64,000 nt of DNA from an uncultured Anaerolineaceae bacterium (GCA_964416175.1 CAYQDF010000006.1:526-64525); one strand, 5' to 3'. Positions 38,129 to 47,695 are shown, counted from the stretch's first letter. Numbers and translations: made by a program. Notes: generated by a model not told the origin, from the letters alone.

Positions 38129-40744
38129 ATGATCCCCCTTTACCTGAGCCTCTCGGGTTTCCTCTCCTACCGGGAACGGGCCGAGATCGATTTTTCAGAC
38201 TTCGATCTGGCCTGCATTGCCGGCTCAAACGGTGCGGGGAAATCCTCCCTGCTGGATGGGATCACCTGGGCCCTGTTCGGCCAGGCGCGCAAGCGGGACG
38301 ACTCGCTGATCAACGCCCACTCCAAAGCAGCGGAGGTGTGCCTGATCTTCGCCTACGAGGGAAACGTCTACCGGGTGCTGCGGTCCAAGCCGCGTGATAA
38401 ACCGGCAGTGCTGGAATTCCACATCCTCCAGGACCAAGGACCACCGACCGATGACGATGGCAATTGGTCGCCGGTCGTCTGGCTTTCGTCTACCGCCACC
38501 TGGAAACCCCTGACCGAGCGCACTTTGCGGGACACGGAAGCCCGAATCCAGGAGACCCTGCGCCTGGATTATGATACCTTCATCAACGCGTCGTTTTTCC
38601 TCCAGGGAAAGGCCGACCAGTTCACCCAGCAGCGCCCGGGCGACCGCAAACGGATTTTAGCCAGCATCCTTGGCCTTGAGATCTGGGAGCGCTACCGACA
38701 GCAGGCTGCTGATCGACGAAGAGGCATCGAGCTGGAGATCCAGGCGCTGGATGGGCGACTGCACGAGATCGCCGCCGAGCTCGAGGAGGAGGGGACGCGG
38801 CTGAAACGCCTTAATGATTTGGAAGGGGAGCTGGAAGTCCTGTCCCAGGCGCGGGCAAACCAGGAGGCTGCTCTGGTCGAGATCCGCCGGGCTGCTGCCA
38901 CCCTGGAGGAGCAAGGCCGACTGGTGGCTGTCCTCGCCCGCCAGCTCGAAGATGGCGAACAGCGGCTGAGTCAGCTGGTGAGCCGGCATGCGGAGCGAGA
39001 AGAGGAGCGCCGCGCGTTTGCCAGCCGGCTGGAACGGGCGGCTGAGATCGAATCTGCGCACGCTTCCTGGCTGGAGGTCAGGGCGCGCCTCGAAGAGTGG
39101 GAGGAGATTGCCGCCCGCTTCCGAGAGAACGAGAAGCGCCGGCAGGGGCCGCTGGACGAGATCAACGCGGCCCAGGCGCGGCTGGAACAAGAACTCCAGA
39201 TGCTGGCAGCGCGCCAGGCCGAAATCGAGAGCCTGAAGTCCGAAGCCCTTCAGGTGGAGGTCGAACTTGCTGCGGCTGAAGGTCTGGCGAAAGACGCCGA
39301 GCACCGCCTGGCTCGCCGGGCGCGCCTGGATGAAGAGCTCCAGCTCGCCCTGGAACGCCAGGCAGAAGCGAAGGCGGAAAATCCGCGCCTCAAAGCTGAG
39401 ATGGATGAACTGAAGATCCGGATCGACCAGCTGCAGGAAGTCGAAGGCGCGACCTGCCCTCTGTGCGGACAGCCGCTCAACCCTGCCGACCGGCAGGCGC
39501 TGATCGAAGCGTTGAATGCGAAAGGCAGGGAAATGGGGGACCGCTTCCGTGCCAACAAGGCGCTTCTTGAGCAGGAGGGCGAGCAGGTTCGCGAACTTCA
39601 GGCCCAGATCGCGGACCTCGCCCAATCGGAAGAGGAGCTGCGAGCACAGCAGGCGTTGATCGCCCGCTATGCCAGCCGACTCGATTCGATACGATCACAG
39701 TGCCAGGAATGGGAAGCGAGCCTGGCGCCGCGCCTGGCAGAGATCCATGCTGAGCTGAAAAGCGGGACGTTTGCAGCGGAAGCCCGGTCACGCCTGGCGC
39801 AAATCGATGCGGAGCTGCTTGAGATCGGCTACGATGCAGCCGCCCATGACGCAGACCGTCGCCTGGAAGCGGAAATCCGATCCAGCGTAGAGGAGATGAA
39901 CCTCCTGGAGAAAGCGCGGGCGGCCCTCGAACCCCTGGCGCGCGAGATCGCCGACCTGCACGGCCAGATCGAAGCACTCCGCGTGGAGCTCGAACGCCAG
40001 AGGGAAGAGTATACCAGCGCTGCCGCAAACCTGGCTGCTTCCCAGGCGGAAGCCCCCGACCTAGATGCTGCGGAGCGCCAGCTTCTGGATCTGAAGGAGA
40101 ACGAAAATCGCCTCCGGGTCGAAGTGGGCGCCGCCCGTCAGAAAGTCCTCGTCCTGAATGACCTTAAATTACGCCGCCAGGCATTGGGGCTCGAGCGAGA
40201 GGCACTCGCCAACCGAGTCGCTCAATTCAGGCAGCTGGAGCGTGCCTTCAGCAAGGATGGCGTTCCCGCCCTGCTGATCGAGCAGGCTTTGCCGCAGATC
40301 GAAACCCGGGCAAACGAGGTCCTGGACCGCCTGAGCAACGGGGGGATGTCCGTGCGCTTCGTGACTCAGGCGGCGTACAAGGACAAGCGCCGCGACGACC
40401 TGCGGGAGACCCTGGATATCCAGATCAGCGACAGCGCCGGGACGCGGGATTACGAGATGTTCAGTGGAGGGGAAGCCTTCCGGGTCAACTTCGCCATCCG
40501 CCTGGCGCTGGCGGAGGTGTTGGCCCAGCGCGCTGGCGCGCGCCTCCAAACCCTGGTGATCGACGAAGGCTTTGGCAGCCAGGACGCGGAAGGCCGTCAG
40601 CGGTTGATCGAAGCCATCAATCTGGTGCGGGTGGACTTCTCCAAGATCCTGGTGATCACTCACATCGACGAATTGAAAGACGCCTTCCCAAACAGGATCG
40701 AAGTGGAAAAGACGGCGCGTGGTTCGCTCGTCAGAGTGGTCTGA
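38129..40744 (+). CDS. sbcC: SbcC/Rad50-like SMC-family ATPase with zinc hook
   Basis: 871 aa. Walker A GSNGAGKSS, long coiled coil, CPLCGQPL hook, signature FSGGEAF, Walker B LVIDEGFGSQD. No SbcD-like gene is adjacent. Confidence 0.8.
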   Translation: MIPLYLSLSGFLSYRERAEIDFSDFDLACIAGSNGAGKSSLLDGITWALFGQARKRDDSLINAHSKAAEVCLIFAYEGNVYRVLRSKPRDKPAVLEFHILQDQGPPTDDDGNWSPVVWLSSTATWKPLTERTLRDTEARIQETLRLDYDTFINASFFLQGKADQFTQQRPGDRKRILASILGLEIWERYRQQAADRRRGIELEIQALDGRLHEIAAELEEEGTRLKRLNDLEGELEVLSQARANQEAALVEIRRAAATLEEQGRLVAVLARQLEDGEQRLSQLVSRHAEREEERRAFASRLERAAEIESAHASWLEVRARLEEWEEIAARFRENEKRRQGPLDEINAAQARLEQELQMLAARQAEIESLKSEALQVEVELAAAEGLAKDAEHRLARRARLDEELQLALERQAEAKAENPRLKAEMDELKIRIDQLQEVEGATCPLCGQPLNPADRQALIEALNAKGREMGDRFRANKALLEQEGEQVRELQAQIADLAQSEEELRAQQALIARYASRLDSIRSQCQEWEASLAPRLAEIHAELKSGTFAAEARSRLAQIDAELLEIGYDAAAHDADRRLEAEIRSSVEEMNLLEKARAALEPLAREIADLHGQIEALRVELERQREEYTSAAANLAASQAEAPDLDAAERQLLDLKENENRLRVEVGAARQKVLVLNDLKLRRQALGLEREALANRVAQFRQLERAFSKDGVPALLIEQALPQIETRANEVLDRLSNGGMSVRFVTQAAYKDKRRDDLRETLDIQISDSAGTRDYEMFSGGEAFRVNFAIRLALAEVLAQRAGARLQTLVIDEGFGSQDAEGRQRLIEAINLVRVDFSKILVITHIDELKDAFPNRIEVEKTARGSLVRVV

Positions 40745-40805
40745 GAATTTGATCTCTGGGAACATGGGGTAAAAAAGCATTTCAGAGGAGAATTATCTTA
40801 ATTTC

Positions 40806-40834
40806 TTGACCAGCCCTGCGGGTGGTGATAGAAT
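40806..40834 (+). promoter_or_regulatory. Sigma-70 promoter of the phhA leader (TTGACC-N17-TAGAAT)
   Basis: Good hexamers with a 17-nt spacer, about 30 nt upstream of the leader-peptide ATG. Confidence 0.55.
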
Positions 40835-40862
40835 TTGGTTTGCCAACCCCAAGGTGCCTCAT

Positions 40863-40964
40863 ATGTCAGGCCGTTTTTACACTTCACCCGCCTATTATTA
40901 CGCCTATACATACCGCCGGTCGGCGGTGTGCGCGCGTGGGCCGATCTGGAGGCGCCTGGTTTAG
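40863..40964 (+). CDS. Tyr-rich leader peptide (33 codons): MSGRFYTSPAYYYAYTYRRSAVCARGPIWRRLV
   Basis: AAGGTG SD 6 nt upstream of the ATG. Six Tyr and one Phe within codons 5-17. Lies between the promoter and the terminator upstream of phhA. Confidence 0.55.
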   Translation: MSGRFYTSPAYYYAYTYRRSAVCARGPIWRRLV

Positions 40965-40996
40965 AGTACTCAATCTAAGTCTAACGGATTAATTGA

Positions 40997-41033
40997 AGCC
41001 ACAGGTCCTCCCCGACCCCGTGGCTTTTTTTTT
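40997..41033 (+). terminator. Intrinsic terminator (attenuator) immediately upstream of phhA
   Basis: AGCCACAGG...CCCCGTGGCT hairpin followed by T9. The phhA SD AGGAGG (41052-41057) and ATG 41063 follow directly. Confidence 0.8.
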
Positions 41034-41062
41034 ATTTCCGGTCCCTGTTTCAGGAGGTTTTA

Positions 41063-41746
41063 ATGGAATTCACGAGCGAACAGCACAAGATCTGGCAGAC
41101 GCTGTACAGGCGCCAGCTGCCGCGCGTGGAAAAATACGCGTGCCGGGAATACCTGGAAGGGTTTGATATTCTGGAGCTCCCCGCAGACCAGATACCAGGG
41201 CTCGATTTCCTGAATGGGCGAATCACCCCGCGTACCGGCTGGAGCACGGTGCGGACGAAGATCCGCTATTCCGACGCCGTGCAGTGGTACCGGCACTTCG
41301 CCTGCCGGGAGTTCCTGGTCACGGACTACCTGCGCGATTGGGGGGAACTGGACTTCACCCCTGAGCCGGACATGTTCCACGACATCTTCGGGCACCTGCC
41401 CTTCATGGTGCTGCCGGCATACACGGAGCTGCAAGATCTGTTCGCGCCGGCTTTCCACCGGGCGAATCCGGAGCAAAGGGAGAACATCAAGCGGCTGGCC
41501 TGGTTCAGCACGGAGTTTGGGCTGATCCGGGAGGCTGGGGAAGTGAAGATCTTCGGCGCCGGGCTGATCTCCTCCTCGGGTGAAATGGAGCACGTGCTGG
41601 CAGGCAACGTGCCGCTGCTGCCCTTCAAAGTGGAGACCATCATCAATTACGACAAGGCGATCTGGAGCTACAACCAACAGCTGTTCGTCTTCGATTCGCT
41701 GGCGGATCTCAAAGACGAGCTGCAGTGGTATTTTGATTCGTTATAG
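41063..41746 (+). CDS. phhA: Phenylalanine-4-hydroxylase (biopterin-dependent aromatic amino acid hydroxylase)
   Basis: 227 aa. Iron-binding EPDMFHDIFGHLP (H-x4-H) and WFSTEFGL Glu motif. Confidence 0.85.
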   Translation: MEFTSEQHKIWQTLYRRQLPRVEKYACREYLEGFDILELPADQIPGLDFLNGRITPRTGWSTVRTKIRYSDAVQWYRHFACREFLVTDYLRDWGELDFTPEPDMFHDIFGHLPFMVLPAYTELQDLFAPAFHRANPEQRENIKRLAWFSTEFGLIREAGEVKIFGAGLISSSGEMEHVLAGNVPLLPFKVETIINYDKAIWSYNQQLFVFDSLADLKDELQWYFDSL

Positions 41747-41821
41747 AGGTCACATTTAATGTGATTTGGTATCTGCGCAAATCCTCCAATCTTCTTTACC
41801 GGAAAGCGTGGCTGTCTGGGA

Positions 41822-41851
41822 TTGCCAGATCAGGGATGTATATGATATAAA
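41822..41851 (+). promoter_or_regulatory. Candidate nrfHA promoter (TTGCCA-N18-TATAAA)
   Basis: Hexamers read by eye, about 60 nt upstream of the nrfH ATG. Confidence 0.3.
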
Positions 41852-41909
41852 TTTCGCAGCTGTGTGACATATACCCCAAACTCAACCCCACCTTTGGCGT
41901 GAGTACGAG

Positions 41910-42386
41910 ATGAGATTCGTCCTGTTCACTGGCATCGCTGCACTGCTGCTCGTCGTCGGCCTGGGAATGTATGTCACCGATTTCACGGCCTACCTGGGCA
42001 ATAACCCCACCACCTGCAACAACTGCCACGTGATGGACGCCGTTTACGAAGGCTGGTTCCACGGCGGTCACAAGCAGTGGGCTGTCTGCGCAGACTGCCA
42101 TACCCCTCACCCCCTGATCCCTAAATACTACGTAAAAGCGCTTTCCGGCTACCATCACGTCACCGCCTTTGTTTTCGGAAAGATCCCGGATGCGATCCGG
42201 GCCAAGGAGTCGTCGCGCCGGGTGGTCCAGGAGAACTGCATCCGCTGCCACGCGGAGACGATTGCGGAGACAAACGAAGGACTGATGGACTCGGACCGCT
42301 ATTGTTTCGAGTGCCACCGCAGCGTGGCGCACGGAGAGCGCGGTATCTCTCTGCTGCCATACCAACACAAGGAGGAAGGCCAATGA
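41910..42386 (+). CDS. nrfH: Tetraheme cytochrome c NrfH (NapC/NirT family)
   Basis: 158 aa. N-terminal TM helix. Four CxxCH motifs (CNNCH, CADCH, CIRCH, CFECH). Confidence 0.9.
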   Translation: MRFVLFTGIAALLLVVGLGMYVTDFTAYLGNNPTTCNNCHVMDAVYEGWFHGGHKQWAVCADCHTPHPLIPKYYVKALSGYHHVTAFVFGKIPDAIRAKESSRRVVQENCIRCHAETIAETNEGLMDSDRYCFECHRSVAHGERGISLLPYQHKEEGQ

Positions 42387-43687
42387 GAATCTCCAAGACG
42401 GGTGCTGTCCTGGCTGGCGTCATTGTCCTGTTAACCGCGGCTGTGATCGGCTTGCTTATATACATCAACAACCAGCCTCCGCCCATGCGCGGCATTGCGC
42501 CTCTCGTGGAGATCGCCGAGATGGAGCCCGATTCGTCCAGGTGGGGTGTCAATTTCCCCAACCAGTACTCCACACTTTTGCTGACAGAAATGAACAATGA
42601 GCGGACGGCTTACGGCGGCTCCAACCCCTTCTCCAGGCTGGAGAACAACCCGCGCCTGCTGACCTTGTTCGCTGGCTACAGTTTTTCGAAGGATTACAAC
42701 GAAGAGCGCGGCCACCTGAACAGCCTCACAGATGTTCGCGCCACGGGCAGGGTGAATGAGACCACTCCCGGCACCTGTTATTCGTGCAAGACGGCTGCGA
42801 ACCCGCAGCTGTGGAGCGAGATGGGCATGGCGGAATATGACAAGACCCCTTTCAGCGAGCTGGGAAAGCTTATCGAACACCCCATCGGCTGCGCCAATTG
42901 CCACGAAGCCAACACCATGCGCCTGATCGTGACCAACCCTGCACTGGAGGAGGCGCTGGAGGTGCAGGGCAGGGACTGGCGGACGTTCACCCGCCAAGAG
43001 ATGCGCACTGTGGTTTGCGCCAATTGCCATGTCGAATACTATTTCGCTGGAGAGGGGAAATACCTGACCTTCCCATGGGCAGGTGGGACGGACATCGAGT
43101 CGATCTCCGCTTACTACGCCGATCTGCAGTTCAAGGACTGGGACCACCCGCAATCAGGCGCGCCCATGATCAAGATGCAGCACCCCGAGTACGAGATCTT
43201 TACCGCCAACAGCACCCACTATAACGCTGGAGTGGCCTGCGCTGACTGCCATATGCCCTACACCCGCGACGGAGCAGCCAAGTTCTCGACCCACAATGTG
43301 AAAAGCCCGCTCCTGAACGCGGAAACCGCCTGCGGCGCCTGCCACACCGACGTGGCGTACGTCACCAGCCGGGTATCCATCATCCAGAACCAGGTGAGCG
43401 AGAGGATGGGCGCGGCCGAGGAAGCTATTGTGGCGGCGATCAAGGCGATCGAGGCGGCGGCAGCATCGCCGGGGGCAGACGCCACCCTGCTGGAGGAGGC
43501 CCGCCAGCTGCACCGGGAAGCCCAGCTGCGGTGGGACTTCATCTCTGCCGAGAACAGCATGGGTTTCCACAATCCGGAAGAAGCCCTGCGCATTCTTGCA
43601 TCAGCCACGGACCTGGCGCGCCAGGCGCAGCTCAAGGCGGTCCTGGCTGGGGGCGGCTTAGTAGGGGGCGAGACCAGCGGAAATTGA
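42383..43687 (+). CDS. nrfA: Pentaheme cytochrome c nitrite reductase NrfA (ammonia-forming)
   Basis: Start moved to ATG 42383 (ATGA overlap with nrfH). Active-site CxxCK (CYSCK) plus four CxxCH (CANCH x2, CADCH, CGACH). Confidence 0.9.
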   Translation: MRISKTGAVLAGVIVLLTAAVIGLLIYINNQPPPMRGIAPLVEIAEMEPDSSRWGVNFPNQYSTLLLTEMNNERTAYGGSNPFSRLENNPRLLTLFAGYSFSKDYNEERGHLNSLTDVRATGRVNETTPGTCYSCKTAANPQLWSEMGMAEYDKTPFSELGKLIEHPIGCANCHEANTMRLIVTNPALEEALEVQGRDWRTFTRQEMRTVVCANCHVEYYFAGEGKYLTFPWAGGTDIESISAYYADLQFKDWDHPQSGAPMIKMQHPEYEIFTANSTHYNAGVACADCHMPYTRDGAAKFSTHNVKSPLLNAETACGACHTDVAYVTSRVSIIQNQVSERMGAAEEAIVAAIKAIEAAAASPGADATLLEEARQLHREAQLRWDFISAENSMGFHNPEEALRILASATDLARQAQLKAVLAGGGLVGGETSGN

Positions 43688-43691
43688 AACC

Positions 43692-43730
43692 AACCTCCCG
43701 CTGATTCATATCTGGCGGGAGGTTTTCTTC
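43692..43730 (+). terminator. Intrinsic terminator after nrfA
   Basis: 10-bp stem AACCTCCCGC/GCGGGAGGTT followed by TTCTTC. Confidence 0.75.
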
Positions 43731-43808
43731 TATTCCGATAGACCTACCTCTTTTTATGGGATAAAATAGGAGTGACTCGCTCCAAACCCTTTCGGCCCTG
43801 GACCGGAC

Positions 43809-44639
43809 ATGCTGGAAAATATCGACCTCTCCCTGAAGCTCGGGAAGAAAGAATACAGGCGGTTAAAACCGGAGCTGCAGAACCACCTCTACGCCGTGCA
43901 GAAAGCGTCCTGGGATGCCGGCATCCCGGTGATCATCCTCTTCGAGGGCTGGGATGCAGCCGGGAAGGGAACGGCGATCCAGCACCTGACCACCAGGCTT
44001 GATCCGCGCGGTTTCAAACTTTATCCCATCCGAGCAGCGCGCACGTACGAGAAAAAGCGCCCCTGGCTGTGGCGATTCTGGCTCAAGATCCCCGGCCGGG
44101 GCGAGTGGGCGATCTTCGACCGCTCGTGGTACGGCCGGACGCTGGTGGAACGCGTGGAAAATCTGATCCCGGAATCCGAATGGCGGACGGCTTACCGGGA
44201 CATCGTCGACTTCGAGGGCACCCTGGCCGATGACGGTTATCTGATCATCAAGCTGTTCTTGCATATCAGCCGCCAGGAGCAGAAGCGGCGGTTTGAGAAA
44301 TTGTCCCGGGATCCCCTGAACGCCTGGCACGTCGAGCCCGAAGACTGGGAGCACCATCGCCATTACAGGGAATGGCTGTTGGCTTACGAAGAGACTTTCG
44401 AACGCACCGAGGCAGAGTGGGCACCCTGGACGATCGTGGAAGCCACCGATCAACGCTATTCCCTGATCAAGGTCTACCGGACGATCATCGGCGCGCTGGA
44501 GGAGAGGCTTTCTGCGGCAGGCGCTTCCCCCGACCCGGCTTTGTGGCTGAAAAGTGCGGCGGGCGAGGGCGAGGAAAGCCGCGTCGAAGAAGTTATCCAA
44601 GAGGAGCCCGTCGGGTTGCCGGCCTCCCAGTTAAAATAA
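43809..44639 (+). CDS. ppk2: Polyphosphate kinase 2 family protein (single domain)
   Basis: 276 aa. Walker A-like FEGWDAAGKG, FDRSWYGR lid motif. Confidence 0.85.
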   Translation: MLENIDLSLKLGKKEYRRLKPELQNHLYAVQKASWDAGIPVIILFEGWDAAGKGTAIQHLTTRLDPRGFKLYPIRAARTYEKKRPWLWRFWLKIPGRGEWAIFDRSWYGRTLVERVENLIPESEWRTAYRDIVDFEGTLADDGYLIIKLFLHISRQEQKRRFEKLSRDPLNAWHVEPEDWEHHRHYREWLLAYEETFERTEAEWAPWTIVEATDQRYSLIKVYRTIIGALEERLSAAGASPDPALWLKSAAGEGEESRVEEVIQEEPVGLPASQLK

Positions 44640-44685
44640 CAACCAGCACACGCTTCCGCTTATTGCAGGCAAGAAGATTGCGCAC

Positions 44686-45492
44686 ATGCTCAAGACAGTC
44701 GATCTGACATCCGCATTAGAAAAAGAAGAATATCTCCATTCTTTGGTGAAGTACCAGGTTGCTCTGCACAGCCTGGGATATCAGGTCTATGTCCAGCAGC
44801 GCCCGGTGGTGATGGTCTTCGAGGGGTGGGACGCAGCCGGGAAAGGGGGAGCCATCAAACGCGTCACCGAGAAGCTTGACCCGCGCGGCTACGTGGTCTA
44901 TTCGATCGCCACCCCCCAGGGTGAGGACGCAGTCCGCCATTACCTCTATCGATTCTGGAGGAGGCTGCCCGAATCCGGGCAGATCGCCATCTTCGACCGC
45001 AGCTGGTACGGCCGCGTCCTGGTCGAGCGCATCGAGGGGTTCTGCACCGAAGAGGCCTGGAAGCGCGCCTACCGGGAGATCAACCAGTTCGAGCGGCAGC
45101 TGGTCGATTTCGGCACCATCCTGTTCAAGTTCTGGATGCAGATCAGCTCCGATGAACAGCTGCGGCGCTTCGAAGCCCGCGCCGGGGATGTCCTGCGCAG
45201 CTGGAAACTCACCGAAGAGGACTGGCGCAATCGGGAGAAGTGGGACCAGTACGAAGAAGCGGTCAACGACATGCTGCTCAAGACCAGTACGGTGACGGCT
45301 CCATGGACGATCGTCGCGGCCAACAACAAGTGGTACGCGCGCGTGAAAGTGCTCAAAACGCTTGTCGACAGGCTGAGCCAGGAGCTACAGTACGACCCCT
45401 TTGCCGATAGCGTTGACCGGGCAGGCAAGAAAGGCAGCTCTGCTGGTTCGAAGAAGAGGAAAAAGAAGGAAAAGTCCACCGCTTTGGGTTAG
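44686..45492 (+). CDS. ppk2: Polyphosphate kinase 2 family protein (second paralog) with Lys-rich tail
   Basis: 268 aa. FEGWDAAGKG, FDRSWYGR. C-terminal KKGSSAGSKKRKKKEK. Confidence 0.85.
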   Translation: MLKTVDLTSALEKEEYLHSLVKYQVALHSLGYQVYVQQRPVVMVFEGWDAAGKGGAIKRVTEKLDPRGYVVYSIATPQGEDAVRHYLYRFWRRLPESGQIAIFDRSWYGRVLVERIEGFCTEEAWKRAYREINQFERQLVDFGTILFKFWMQISSDEQLRRFEARAGDVLRSWKLTEEDWRNREKWDQYEEAVNDMLLKTSTVTAPWTIVAANNKWYARVKVLKTLVDRLSQELQYDPFADSVDRAGKKGSSAGSKKRKKKEKSTALG

Positions 45493-45510
45493 GCGGCGGA
45501 GGGAAATAGG

Positions 45511-47652
45511 ATGACAGCACAGCTCAAAGAATCGAAGGAGGGAGTCGAAGCCAGGATCGACCTGGACGACCCAAAACTGTACATCAACCGCGAGCTCAGC
45601 ATGCTGGAATTCCAGCGGCGAGTGCTGGAGGAAGCCCAGGACGTGGACAACCCCCTGCTGGAACGGGTCAAGTTCTTGGCTTTCCTGGGCATCAACCTGG
45701 ACGAGTTTTTCATGGTGCGCGTTGCCGGGTTAAAGAAGCAGGTCGCGGCCGGCGTGGTCGACCTGCCGCCGGATGGGATGACGCCAGCCGAGCAGGTTGC
45801 TGCGATCCGCAAGCTGGCCCTGGAGATCATGGTCGCCGGGCAGGAATGCCTGACGAAAGACCTGCTGCCTCGGCTCGACAAAGCCGGTATTCACGTCCTG
45901 GATTACGCCCAGCTCAACGATAAGCAGAGGGAAAGCGTCGACAGCTATTTCGACGAAGTGGTCTTCCCGGTGCTGACTCCAATGGCCTTCGACCCCGGAC
46001 ATCCTTTCCCCCACATCTCCAACCAGAGCCTGAACCTGGCGGTGCTCATCCGCGACAAGACCGACCACTTCGCCCGGATAAAAGTGCCCGGCACCCTGCC
46101 GCGCCTGGTGCCGATCAAGCGCTCATCGGGGAGCGTGCGGCGGGACGGCACGGTGCCCCACCACCATTACTTCGTCTGGCTGGAACAGGTCATCGCCGCT
46201 AACCTTCCCGACCTCTTCCCCGGGATGAAGATCGTAGAATCCCACCCCTTTCGGATAACACGCGACGCCGACGTGATGATTCAAGAACTGGAAGCCTCCG
46301 ACCTCCTCGAAAGCATCGAACAGGGCGTGCGCAAACGCCGCTTCGGGTCGGTCGTGCGCCTGGAAGTAAATCCCCAAATGCCAAATCACGTCCGGAATAT
46401 CCTGATTCAGAACCTGGAGATGGATCGCAACGACGTCTATACCCTGGAAGGTCCTCTTGGCTCGAGTAACTTGATGGGTCTCTACCAGATCGATCGCTAC
46501 GATCTCAAGGATGTGCCTTTCGTCCCCGCGATCCCATCCGAGCTCAAGGGGGAGACATTCGACGGCAATATCTTCGCCGCCATCCGGAAGGGTGACATCC
46601 TGCTCCACCATCCCTACGATTCGTTCACCCCGGTGGTGGATTTCCTGCACCTGGCCGCCAGGGATCCGGACGTGCTGGCGATCAAGCAGACCCTGTACCG
46701 GGTCGGCCGCAACTCGCCGGTCGTCAAGGCCTTGATGGAAGCCCGGGAGAACGGCAAGCAGGTGGCCGTTTTGGTGGAGCTGAAGGCCCGCTTCGACGAG
46801 GAGAGCAACATCGGCTGGGCTCGGGCGCTGGAGCGGGAGGGCGTGCATGTCATTTACGGCCTGCTCGGATTGAAAACCCACTCCAAGATCGCCCTGGTCG
46901 TGCGCAAAGAAGGGGAGAGCATCCGGCGGTATGTGCACCTGGCGACGGGAAACTACAACTCGGTCACCGCGCTGTCTTACGAGGACATCGGCCTGTTCAC
47001 CTGCGACGAGCAGATCGGGGCGGACGCCACCGATCTGTTCAACTACCTGACCGGCTATTCGAACAAGCAAGATTACCGCAACCTGCTCGTCGCCCCCGTC
47101 AACTTACGGGAAAGAATGGTGGCGTTGATCGAGCGTGAGGCTGATCTGCAGGGAAAAGGGGAGCAGGGGCATTTGATATTCAAAATAAACTCGCTGGTGG
47201 ACAAAGGCATCATCAAAGCCCTGTACCAGGCCTCGATGGCTGGGGTCAAGATCGACCTGATCGTGCGCGGCATGTGCTGCTTGCGGCCAGGATTGCAGGG
47301 GATCAGCGAGAACATACGCGTGGTGAGCGTGGTCGGGCGCTTCCTGGAGCACAGCCGGATATATTATTTCCGCAACGGCGGAAAAGAGGAAATCTACCTG
47401 GGCAGCGCGGACCTGATGCCGCGCAACATCAACAGCCGGGTGGAAGTGCTTTTCCCGGTCGAGGACCAAGGTCTGATCCGCTACCTGCGCGACGACGTGC
47501 TGGCCGAGCACCTGGCAGACAATGTTAAAGCGCGCGCCATGAGGCCGGATGGAACGTTCAGAAAACCGACCCGGGCGCCGGAGGATGCGCCGCGCAACGT
47601 CCAGGTGCGCCTGATCGAGAAGCGCCTGGCGAAGCGCGGCCTCCCATCCTGA
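45511..47652 (+). CDS. ppk: Polyphosphate kinase 1
   Basis: 713 aa. LYINRELSMLEFQRRVLEEA N-terminus, autophosphorylated His region (LKTHSKIALV), two PLD-like HKD domains. Confidence 0.95.
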   Translation: MTAQLKESKEGVEARIDLDDPKLYINRELSMLEFQRRVLEEAQDVDNPLLERVKFLAFLGINLDEFFMVRVAGLKKQVAAGVVDLPPDGMTPAEQVAAIRKLALEIMVAGQECLTKDLLPRLDKAGIHVLDYAQLNDKQRESVDSYFDEVVFPVLTPMAFDPGHPFPHISNQSLNLAVLIRDKTDHFARIKVPGTLPRLVPIKRSSGSVRRDGTVPHHHYFVWLEQVIAANLPDLFPGMKIVESHPFRITRDADVMIQELEASDLLESIEQGVRKRRFGSVVRLEVNPQMPNHVRNILIQNLEMDRNDVYTLEGPLGSSNLMGLYQIDRYDLKDVPFVPAIPSELKGETFDGNIFAAIRKGDILLHHPYDSFTPVVDFLHLAARDPDVLAIKQTLYRVGRNSPVVKALMEARENGKQVAVLVELKARFDEESNIGWARALEREGVHVIYGLLGLKTHSKIALVVRKEGESIRRYVHLATGNYNSVTALSYEDIGLFTCDEQIGADATDLFNYLTGYSNKQDYRNLLVAPVNLRERMVALIEREADLQGKGEQGHLIFKINSLVDKGIIKALYQASMAGVKIDLIVRGMCCLRPGLQGISENIRVVSVVGRFLEHSRIYYFRNGGKEEIYLGSADLMPRNINSRVEVLFPVEDQGLIRYLRDDVLAEHLADNVKARAMRPDGTFRKPTRAPEDAPRNVQVRLIEKRLAKRGLPS

Positions 47653-47695
47653 GGCAGGGTCTGGATACAGATGGAGAAGCGATTCAGGAAAAGGT

